Part shown: piece by piece, positions 1-7,678 of the stretch
Numbering within the stretch: the stretch's first letter is position 1
Layout of the letters: each line of letters opens with the position of its first letter
From: Clostridia bacterium
GTDB lineage: Bacteria > Bacillota > Clostridia > Christensenellales > DTU072
Direction: 5' to 3'
Assembly: GCA_035409945.1 (NCBI GenBank)
Contig: DAONQC010000002.1
Coordinates: 128,403 to 192,402, forward strand
DNA length: 64,000 bases
Program-made: the position numbers and the translations under genes
The notes under the pieces: generated by a model
What the model was told of the DNA's origin: nothing
Databases searched by the model: none
What the model saw: the letters and a program-made list of their open reading frames with translations, nothing else

Positions 1-1249
1 TTTCTTTCTCTCCTGTGCTTCCTTGTTGAGATTGCCGAGTTCTAAACTGTTCCATTAATTTGTCCTTAGAATCAACAGTTTTAACAACAAGCCCCCTCGC
101 TTCAAATTCATCTTTTGCTTGATTTAACAAATCTAACCTATCTACTATAAAATAGAAATTCGTGACTTGATTTTTAGTAGCAAAATAGTCTGTAAGGATA
201 TCGTGCAAAAAATACGCAAGTGCCGTCTTCCCACTACCCTGAGTGTGCCATACCACACCACTGTTTTCTCCTTGTTTTAACCTTCCTACTATTGCCAATG
301 AAGCAAATAGTTGTGGGTACCGCATAATATGTTTTTGGTCAATCCACTCTATATTTCCATCAATTTCTTTTTGACTACTCACATAAACGATTCCGTAACG
401 TAGCAAATATAATAACCGCTCTGGCGAACACATCGAGGTTAATATACGATTGGTGGGAGTGTTTACATCTAGATTGGTTTGATATTCTGGTGTAGCGCGA
501 ATTACCTGACAATTGTAATCAGAGAGAATTCTTTTTTCTAGTTCGGGATTTATGTCTTTATATGGATATTTTTCATTATATGGTGCAATCTCAGAATTAA
601 GGGGGTTTTCCTCTCTAAACACACTAAAAACAGCTTCCTTTTTTGCTACTGTGCTGTAAAACGCACCTTGAATTGGAACAATGCCATTTATATCAGTAGC
701 ATATTCCATGTTGTTCGAGAATATCATCAGCTGTGTAATGTTAATAAACCTCCTAAACTTGCGATTAGGAAACCTGGCTTCATTCATCCTTTTGCTCTCT
801 GCAATTATCCCCCCTATATTGTTAGGTTTTTTTACTTCGACAAAAACAAGAGGAAGTCCGTTAATAAATAAAGTAATGTCAGGCCTGAACTCTTCTTCCC
901 CGTTTTTATACGTGAATTCTGCAGTAAAATGAAAGGTGTTATTGCCAATCTCATCAAAATCAATTAATTTAACTGGAGACACCGTTTTGAGCCTTTTAAA
1001 AAAACTTCTCCCTAAATCATCGTAATCTAATTCTTGTTTAATTTCTCTAAGCACTTGTCCGAACTCTCCAGCCGAATCAGGATTAAGTTTTGCAAATTGT
1101 TTCTTAAAAACATCAAGTAATATGTTAGTGTCTGGATCATATTTAGCACCAGCCTGGTCTGTTGAAATTTTTCCATAATACTCATAGCCTAATCTATGTA
1201 AATGTACCATTGCAGGCATTTGAACCCTTGTAGCTTCATTAAATAACAT
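1..1249 (-). CDS. hsdR: Type I restriction endonuclease R subunit (HsdR), N-terminal ~416 codons; gene continues past position 1
   Basis: Not in the supplied ORF track because no stop lies in the window. My translation from ATG 1249 (SD AGAGG upstream) stays open to position 2: MLFNEATRVQMPAMVHLHRLGYEYYGK... It contains the HsdR N-terminal nuclease region RPDITLFINGLPLVFVEVKKP and helicase motif I VVWHTQGSGKTALAYF. Confidence 0.85.
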   Translation of the reverse strand, partial: MLFNEATRVQMPAMVHLHRLGYEYYGKISTDQAGAKYDPDTNILLDVFKKQFAKLNPDSAGEFGQVLREIKQELDYDDLGRSFFKRLKTVSPVKLIDFDEIGNNTFHFTAEFTYKNGEEEFRPDITLFINGLPLVFVEVKKPNNIGGIIAESKRMNEARFPNRKFRRFINITQLMIFSNNMEYATDINGIVPIQGAFYSTVAKKEAVFSVFREENPLNSEIAPYNEKYPYKDINPELEKRILSDYNCQVIRATPEYQTNLDVNTPTNRILTSMCSPERLLYLLRYGIVYVSSQKEIDGNIEWIDQKHIMRYPQLFASLAIVGRLKQGENSGVVWHTQGSGKTALAYFLHDILTDYFATKNQVTNFYFIVDRLDLLNQAKDEFEARGLVVKTVDSKDKLMEQFRTRQSQQGSTGEKE

Positions 1250-1566
1250 ATTTATACCTCTTTATTTTGTATATCCATTCTTCGATTAGTTAAAATTACC
1301 ATTTTATTCTTTTATCGCTGGCAAATATTTTAAATAATGGCAATGTGTGCCCACGATTATGCAACTGTTTTATCGTTTTATTGTAACATAAATATATTGC
1401 ATTACACTAATAATGTTTTTTATTTCTTCACTACAATATATATGTTTATTCTCTGATTGCAACCTTAAATGTAAACCAATATTAATTTATAGAAAAAAGT
1501 ATCGTTAATATTATTTGGCCAATCAAAGCTTATTTAAGTATTCACGGCATTGCCAGAATATAATGA

Positions 1567-3108
1567 TTATTCAACAATAACCTCAAAAGGTTCACTAACC
1601 CCAACGCATCGTTCTTTATTATCCTTGGTAATAGTTATGAAACATTGAACATAATGTATTCCCGTGTATGCAGTACTTTCTTTTCTTGAGTTCAGCGGGT
1701 CGCCCTCTTTGCCATTACAGTTACAAAACTCTCCCCTCAAATCCTCTTTTTCTGTTGCTTCTTTTCCTGTGTTTGTAACTTGCCATTTCACCGTATAAGG
1801 GGGATGTATATTATGAAATGGGAAAAATATTAAACGTGTTTCTTTGGGTAAAATAGTTCCACTAGTTAAAAGATCATAAGTATCTCCCTTATCAACGCTC
1901 CGTTTAGCCTTAATGATAACATTAGATCTTTTAGGCAAACTCCACGGTGGTTTCATTTTATGAGTAACTTTTTCAAGTGCAACACATGAAAAGGATTTAG
2001 TCTCCTCGCACAACGACGCGAGCTTCTCTTTTAAAAGCTGGGTTTTATATTTCGTCATCAGTCTATCCACTGGCTTTTGAGCAAACATTTTTTTGAAAAC
2101 TCTCTCAAAATCAGTGTAATTTGATAAACTGTCTAATTCCATAAAATCTGTATTTGCTTTACTTAACCATTCGTAAAACGATTGAGCCTTTGCTGGGTTT
2201 TCATTCCACTTATCAGCAAAATTTTCTAATTTCATAACTGGATTTTGTATTAAATATTTTCTGTTTGTATCTTTTATAATCCAGTGATCCATATTTTCTA
2301 ACGCTTTACAGATGAATTCGTATATATTCTTTTCCCCGTCATAACATAAAGCCGTCAGTGTCGTTATAATCATAGATATTGGTTTTAGAGATTCTTCATC
2401 ATCTCCAAAATAAACATCACGATGGCGTTTCAACAATTGGATTGCTTTTTGTAAAGTAGTTTTTTTAGGGTATTCGGGCAACCTCTCTACACTCCTAATA
2501 GCAGCTTGGTCTGCGTTTATTTGAATTCTTTCTCTAAACCATTCAGCATATCCCCTAGGATTGGTTGGAATGTAATGATAGGTTTTCGTGTCTTTATTTT
2601 TATCCGTAGCTAGTAGTGATAATTCTGGTCTGCTCATATTCTGATATAATTGTTTCAGCCTAATATCATTTCTATAATTTTCACTGAATGGGACAGCTGG
2701 AAGAATATCCATGTGAAAATTAAGGTTTTCGCTATACTGGAGCGTCCAACAACGTCGTCCTTCTTCATCAAGCATTTTCCTATATGTGTCGTGTTCTTCA
2801 AGTCGTTTACCAACTTTTGTCTTAACATAAGCTGGGCTCAAATCATCAAAAGCCTCAGTAAACATACAAACCAAATCAATGTCATAATCATCTTCTTCAT
2901 TAATCGGCTTGATGGCAGTTCCATACATCATGCTGCCCTGTGGAAATATATGAACCTTATGCTTAGCTATTAAAGTTTCCTTCTGATTAAGCCAATCTGC
3001 AACACTGTTGTAAGCTCGCCTCATTAGCCCTTCTTGACTATCAGTAATATCAATTTCATCCGCAAGTTCATTCAATAATTTATTCAACAAATCATTCATT
3101 GTTTTCAC
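1567..3108 (-). CDS. SMODS / CD-NTase-like nucleotidyltransferase with C-terminal AGS-C-like domain (CBASS cyclase candidate)
   Basis: 513-aa ORF. Pol-beta NTase signature FPQGSMMYGTAIKP...DYDIDLVCMF (GS...DxD). The last ~130 aa (YTVKWQVTNTGKEATEKEDLRGEF...TAYTGIHYVQCFITI) resemble the AGS-C sensor domain seen C-terminal to SMODS and adenylyl/guanylyl cyclases. The track start is GTG 3108. ATG 3099, preceded by AGGTGA, is more likely and gives an ATGAATGA start/stop overlap with the upstream gene. Confidence 0.7.
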   Translation of the reverse strand: MKTMNDLLNKLLNELADEIDITDSQEGLMRRAYNSVADWLNQKETLIAKHKVHIFPQGSMMYGTAIKPINEEDDYDIDLVCMFTEAFDDLSPAYVKTKVGKRLEEHDTYRKMLDEEGRRCWTLQYSENLNFHMDILPAVPFSENYRNDIRLKQLYQNMSRPELSLLATDKNKDTKTYHYIPTNPRGYAEWFRERIQINADQAAIRSVERLPEYPKKTTLQKAIQLLKRHRDVYFGDDEESLKPISMIITTLTALCYDGEKNIYEFICKALENMDHWIIKDTNRKYLIQNPVMKLENFADKWNENPAKAQSFYEWLSKANTDFMELDSLSNYTDFERVFKKMFAQKPVDRLMTKYKTQLLKEKLASLCEETKSFSCVALEKVTHKMKPPWSLPKRSNVIIKAKRSVDKGDTYDLLTSGTILPKETRLIFFPFHNIHPPYTVKWQVTNTGKEATEKEDLRGEFCNCNGKEGDPLNSRKESTAYTGIHYVQCFITITKDNKERCVGVSEPFEVIVE

Positions 3109-4240
3109 CTATATTAATCGCTACTTCATATTTTTTATTCGTGTAATTATACACAACCAGTGGTAAATCAACTGTATTATTGCGGTGCCTTCCAATTTCT
3201 ATAGCAACAGAAGCTGGAACCGCAGCAAAAACATGTATTTTTGTGTCATTTGTGCATTTTTTACGCAAATCTTCTTTTAACACTTGATAACAATGTACAA
3301 AGTTCTCTAATTGCGTTTTATTACGCAAATAATCATCATATTGTTCATGATCTGGTTTAACTTCAACAACAATAGCATTTTCCCAGGATGTAACTGATTG
3401 AACCTCCTCTTTCTTAATTTGCCCACTTAATGAAAGAATTAAGATAACTTTTTTAGGATTTTTATTTTCTTGAATATAATTTACAATATACGTTGTTTGA
3501 TTTTCACTTATTTCCCAATCCCAAGTAGCTGGTGATTTTTTTAACTGATATACATCAATGTTTTGCTTGTTTGACAAAAGGTCTCCTAATTTTACAAGTA
3601 ACGGAATTGGTCCTATTGCGAACACTGAAATATTTAAGAATCCACTCCTATAATTTTCGATTGCTGGAATTACTCTTTTTTCGAACGAACGAATTAAGTT
3701 CTTTTCTTCTAATTCCCAATATATTGGGTCTTCAACGCCATATGATGAATCCTTTAATGTTAAATCAATATCATCATCCATTGCCTTTTTAGGAACTAAG
3801 GCCTTTTGTATTTCAGTATTAATCATCATTTTCCGCCCATGCAAATTAGGAGAATACTTTAACACAAGGGTTGGGATAATACGCTCAATATTCGTTGTTT
3901 TTACAACAAATTCTTCGAAATCATTTTTGAGCTTTAGTAAGACATCGGGTGGATAATCTTCAGGATGAACAAAATCAATTTCGTGATGACAATCATAGCA
4001 TAGTAATAATAGGTTTTGAATATCATTTATATCCATATTTGTGCTAATCATCTTAATTTTATATTCAGCTCGTTTGCCTTTGTCGCTAACTGGTAAATTA
4101 TGTGCAATTTGCGAGAAGTTTCCCATTACTTTACTCAGTGGGTGCTGATAAATCAGCCTACCACATTTTTCACACCTACCAGCACTCATTGCCCAAAGCA
4201 TCTTTTCAACTGAATTTTTAATTTTTTTACGTTCTGACAT
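3092..4240 (-). CDS. cap5: HNH endonuclease fused to SAVED domain (Cap5-like CBASS effector)
   Basis: 382 aa. The N-terminus has HNH metal/catalytic residues (CEKCGRL...IAHNLP...NLLLLCYDCHHEID). The C-terminal ~250 aa has the two-lobed SAVED-like pattern (ISVFAIGPIPLLVKLGDLL ... IHVFAAVPASVAIEIGRH). It overlaps the downstream NTase gene, which implies co-translation. Confidence 0.75.
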   Translation of the reverse strand: MSERKKIKNSVEKMLWAMSAGRCEKCGRLIYQHPLSKVMGNFSQIAHNLPVSDKGKRAEYKIKMISTNMDINDIQNLLLLCYDCHHEIDFVHPEDYPPDVLLKLKNDFEEFVVKTTNIERIIPTLVLKYSPNLHGRKMMINTEIQKALVPKKAMDDDIDLTLKDSSYGVEDPIYWELEEKNLIRSFEKRVIPAIENYRSGFLNISVFAIGPIPLLVKLGDLLSNKQNIDVYQLKKSPATWDWEISENQTTYIVNYIQENKNPKKVILILSLSGQIKKEEVQSVTSWENAIVVEVKPDHEQYDDYLRNKTQLENFVHCYQVLKEDLRKKCTNDTKIHVFAAVPASVAIEIGRHRNNTVDLPLVVYNYTNKKYEVAINIGENNE

Positions 4241-4322
4241 AACCTTAAAACTCCAATATTTATTTTGGGTTGTTTTGACACCATTTTTGCTATCAGCAAT
4301 TCAATTGATGTATGCTCTGATA

Positions 4323-4352
4323 ATTATAACATATAATTAAAATCTACAACAA
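4323..4352 (-). promoter_or_regulatory. Candidate extended -10 promoter for the cap5/NTase operon
   Basis: The minus strand reads TTGTTGTAG...TGTTATAAT (TGnTATAAT at 4331..4323). The -35-like hexamers are TTGTAG (15-nt spacer) or TTGTTG (18-nt spacer). It lies ~85 nt upstream of ATG 4240. Confidence 0.35.
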
Positions 4353-4360
4353 AACTAATC

Positions 4361-4393
4361 GGACATAAAGTAATCATGTCCCATTAATGGGAC
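4361..4393. promoter_or_regulatory. Two overlapping palindromes upstream of the CBASS operon (possible operator)
   Basis: GGACAT(4361-66)/ATGTCC(4376-81), plus the perfect 16-bp palindrome GTCCCATTAATGGGAC (4378-4393). The two share 4378-4381, so they are mutually exclusive as hairpins. They sit ~50-65 nt upstream of the candidate -10. Confidence 0.3.
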
Positions 4394-4568
4394 GCTGCAT
4401 CTGAAACCATAACAATTCTGCTTTTTAAAACCTAATTAACCATAATATAGAATAAGCGTTAGTTAAATTGCTAAAAAGCACATCCAAATTTAAACATAGT
4501 AATAAGGACCATAAACCTTTTAAACTAAAAAACGAACCCCTAATAAGAGTTCGCCTAAGGAATTATAC

Positions 4569-4644
4569 TGGTGGGCGATAAGGGACTCGAACCCCTGACT
4601 TTCTCCACGTCAAGAAGACACTCTACCAGCTGAGTTAATCGCCC
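4569..4644 (-). tRNA. tRNA-Val (anticodon GAC), CCA encoded
   Basis: The reverse complement folds as a cloverleaf. Acceptor GGGCGAT/ATCGCCC, D arm ACTC-AGCTGGTA-GAGT, anticodon stem TCTTC/GGAGA with loop TTGACGT, T arm AGGGG-TTCGAGT-CCCTT, then ACCA. Confidence 0.85.
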
Positions 4645-4659
4645 ATTAAACTGAAATAT

Positions 4660-4688
4660 ATATTAGCAAAAAAATAATTAGATGTCTA
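4660..4688 (-). promoter_or_regulatory. Candidate promoter of tRNA-Val
   Basis: Minus strand TAGACA-N17-TAATAT. The -10 ends 15 nt before the mature tRNA 5' end. Confidence 0.4.
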
Positions 4689-4725
4689 GTAATATTTTTA
4701 GGATATAGTGTCTAGCGTAAATTAG

Positions 4726-4775
4726 GTTAGTTATTAAAGTAAGTGCAACGGTAAGCGCGCGAGCACAAATATTGA
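4726..4775 (-). repeat. GTTGCACTTAC-family intergenic element, locus A
   Basis: The plus strand reads GTTAGTTATTAAAGTAAGTGCAACGGTAAGCGCGCGAGCAC. Its reverse complement matches the 25-nt subunit plus part of the 38-nt subunit seen at 9415, 52229, 57458 and 58824. Weaker AAGTGGA-type copies follow at 4830-4960. Confidence 0.7.
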
Positions 4776-4995
4776 GAACTGTCTCTCAAGAATTATGTAA
4801 TGGCTTTGTATATACATATATTGATTTAAGTGGGATAAAAGGATATTATTTTAAGTAAGTGGAGCTTGGTTTATTGATATATGATTAAAGTGTTATATTC
4901 ATTAAATTAACTTGTTTCGATAAGATCGGTTTTTAGATTATATGATTAAGTGGATAAATAGTGTCCTGGAGGGTTGATTTGGGGATACGAAATGT

Positions 4996-6510
4996 ATGGG
5001 TTTGAGGAGAGGGACCTTGATGAGAAGGATTGAAATAGTTGTTGGAATAGTTGCGGTGATTTTGCTTGTAGCACTTGCTTTGGTGGTAGGTATTGGGATT
5101 GTGGTTAAAGAGCCTGTGGATGAGCCTGCGTATGTTTTACCGAGTTATGAGGTTATGGGCTTGAGCGGGAGTGAAGGTGATGAATGTGTTATTACATTCG
5201 GTGAAATAGCAAAAGTTAATACGCTTGTTTTAGAGGAAAAGTTGCTGCCTTTACCCGAAGGGGTTGATAAACCTAGTAGAATGGGCGTGAATAGCTTTAG
5301 TTTATATTATAAAGATGGAGAAGAATATAAGCATTTCTACACTCAGGACTTTATTCACCCATATAGATATTGCTCCTTCCCTACTGTCACTACAGACGAG
5401 ATTAAAATAACTGTTGATAATTCTTCCAATCTCGATTGGGAACTAACTAGTGTTACCCCTAAATTTGTTGAAAAAACATATAAAGACGACTTTGAAGTTG
5501 CTGCATATATTACCCTTCAATCTGGGTATGATATTAGAAATTATGATAAAAACCACTTTTCAATTATAACTACTGTTTACCTATCCTTTTTATGGTTTAA
5601 CGAATATGGTGAAGTGTTTATGACTGATGATGAACATAATGGTGTCATGGTAGATGGTGAAGAAATAGTTGCTACCGTCATTTCAAATATTAGAAAAAAT
5701 GCTAGCGAAGATGTAAAAATAATTCCCGTCTTTATAGGAAGAGACCATTCGGGCGAACAAAATGCTGCTTATGTACACTCACAAGGTATGGGACCATATA
5801 AAGAAACTCTTGCTAGTCAAATTAAAGACTTTATAGAAAAATATGATTTAGATGGAGCTTCTTTTGATTATGAATATCCTGCTAATAGTGAAGATAACAA
5901 GATTTACTATGAATTTTGTACCTACTTAAGAAGTGTTCTTGGTGAGGATATGTTTATCTCAGGTGCTACCTGCCATTGGATGTTTATACCCTTTAACCTT
6001 ATGATGCAAGCAGGTAAAAATATAATGACTATGGATAGACTGGAAATTATGTCATATGACTTAAGAGATGGATTATCTACTGATGCATACCATTCAACAT
6101 TTCAAAATGGCGCATATGACCAGTATGTAAGATTTAAGGACTTAGAAAAAGAAGGTGAGGAATGGGATCTACTTAGAGGTCTTGTCTATGGTGATAAAGA
6201 TGCGAACTTCCCACTATCAAAAATAAACTTAGGTCTTCCCTTCTATTCTAGACCATTATCACTGGAGGCTTATTGGGGTGAATATAAATATAACGCACAT
6301 AAGCTTGGAAAGTTTGGTAACTTAACTGAAAATGATACCTTCGGCAAGGAATATTTTAACTCCTGGCAAATGATTTATGATAAAACTGCATATGCTATAG
6401 ATCAAGGGTTTGGTGGTGTTATGGTTTGGAACTATGCATGTGACCTTCCTATGAACCATGAGTGTTCTCTCTTTAGCGCAATTAAAGCAGCCATTGATAG
6501 TAGAAAGTAA
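4996..6510 (+). CDS. Membrane-anchored GH18 (chitinase-like) glycosyl hydrolase family protein
   Basis: GH18-type motif LDGASFDYEYP (DGxxxDxE with the catalytic Glu), C-terminal GGVMVWNYACD, and an N-terminal hydrophobic anchor IEIVVGIVAVILLVALALVVGIGIVV. The start is more likely the second ATG at 5020, preceded by GGAGAGGG. Confidence 0.6.
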   Translation: MGLRRGTLMRRIEIVVGIVAVILLVALALVVGIGIVVKEPVDEPAYVLPSYEVMGLSGSEGDECVITFGEIAKVNTLVLEEKLLPLPEGVDKPSRMGVNSFSLYYKDGEEYKHFYTQDFIHPYRYCSFPTVTTDEIKITVDNSSNLDWELTSVTPKFVEKTYKDDFEVAAYITLQSGYDIRNYDKNHFSIITTVYLSFLWFNEYGEVFMTDDEHNGVMVDGEEIVATVISNIRKNASEDVKIIPVFIGRDHSGEQNAAYVHSQGMGPYKETLASQIKDFIEKYDLDGASFDYEYPANSEDNKIYYEFCTYLRSVLGEDMFISGATCHWMFIPFNLMMQAGKNIMTMDRLEIMSYDLRDGLSTDAYHSTFQNGAYDQYVRFKDLEKEGEEWDLLRGLVYGDKDANFPLSKINLGLPFYSRPLSLEAYWGEYKYNAHKLGKFGNLTENDTFGKEYFNSWQMIYDKTAYAIDQGFGGVMVWNYACDLPMNHECSLFSAIKAAIDSRK

Positions 6511-6538
6511 TAAGGCTTGTAATATCATTGTTATGAAA

Positions 6539-6572
6539 ATAGCCTTGGGAAAAACCTAGGGCTATGTTTTTT
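6539..6572 (+). terminator. Rho-independent terminator after the GH18 gene
   Basis: ATAGCCTTGGG-AAAAA-CCTAGGGCTAT (11-bp stem including G-U pairs) followed by GTTTTTT. Confidence 0.7.
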
Positions 6573-6680
6573 GATTAGAAAATGTCACTTAATTTAGGTG
6601 CTTTCTATAAATTTGTTTATCATGCAGAGCTTACAAGAACCAAATTGGTTTGTAATTTATTGACTAAAAATGCTATAGAT

Positions 6681-7427
6681 TTAGGTTAGATTCTTTTTAA
6701 GGTAATCTTTTACTTCCGTAACTGTTAACTCACCGAAATGGAAAAGTGATGCGGCTAGAGCCCCACTTGATCCTGCTTTTTTAAATGCATCTAAAAAATG
6801 TTCAAGCTTTCCACAGCCACCTGATGCAATAACTGGCACACTTACATTATCAACTAATGCTTTTGTCATCTCTATATCATAACCATCCTTTGTACCATCT
6901 GCATCCATTGAGGTTAAAAGAATTGATCCTGCCCCAAGAGATTCTACCTTTTTCGCCCATTCAATTACATCTATGCCTGTATCTACTTTACCACCGCTTA
7001 TGAGCACGGTATAATTCCCTTCTTTTGAAGTGTGAGCATCAATAGCTACAACAACTTTATCACTTCCATATGCTTTAGATATTTCGGATATAAGTCTTGG
7101 GTTTTTTACAGCAGCTGAATTTATAGATACTTTACTTACGCCTAATTCAAATAGTTTTTTGGCATCTTCTAAAGAGGATATTCCCCCTCCTACTGTAAGT
7201 GGAATGCTAATACTGTTAACTACTTCTTTTATAGTATCGTACATTTTAGTTTTATTTTCTGTTGCAGCTGAGATATATAACATAACAAGCTCATCAGCAC
7301 CTTGCCTGCAATATTCTTTAGCAAGGGAAACGGGGTATCCTGCATCTTTAATATCCACAAATTTAACACCCTTTACAACAATGCCATCTTTTATATCTAA
7401 ACAAGGTATTATTTTATTTGTTTTCAT
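6681..7427 (-). CDS. hisF: Imidazole glycerol phosphate synthase cyclase subunit HisF homolog (no other his genes nearby)
   Basis: 248 aa. [18 protein letters not shown]...[13 protein letters not shown]...VGGGI...VVAIDA...ASGG matches the HisF (beta/alpha)8 pattern end to end. Confidence 0.8.
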   Translation of the reverse strand: MKTNKIIPCLDIKDGIVVKGVKFVDIKDAGYPVSLAKEYCRQGADELVMLYISAATENKTKMYDTIKEVVNSISIPLTVGGGISSLEDAKKLFELGVSKVSINSAAVKNPRLISEISKAYGSDKVVVAIDAHTSKEGNYTVLISGGKVDTGIDVIEWAKKVESLGAGSILLTSMDADGTKDGYDIEMTKALVDNVSVPVIASGGCGKLEHFLDAFKKAGSSGALAASLFHFGELTVTEVKDYLKKNLT

Positions 7428-7678
7428 ATAGTTTCTCCGTTTTTGAATTGCTTTGTATATTATAATACCAACATATTAACACATTTTTTTAATTTTATGC
7501 TTGTATATGGGCATATATTTTTTAATAATTTATAAATTGCATTGTTTCAGGAGCAAATAATAAATCCTCGCTTGATGTAGCAAGGATTCAAAATTAACAT
7601 TAAAGCTAGTATTTAGACCTTTTACATTAACTCAATCACAATAGTAGTGTTATGCGCGATTTTGATAGATATATTAGA

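Noticed and set aside
668-932. Two plus-strand ORFs (67 and 83 aa) from the track.
   Set aside because: They lie antisense inside the clearly homologous hsdR reading frame, are low-complexity and have no SD. They are shadow ORFs.
4240-4570. An integrase or prophage remnant between the CBASS operon and tRNA-Val.
   Set aside because: No ORF of meaningful length occurs in any frame, and no repeat of the tRNA 3' end is visible within the window. Mobility cannot be supported from this sequence alone.
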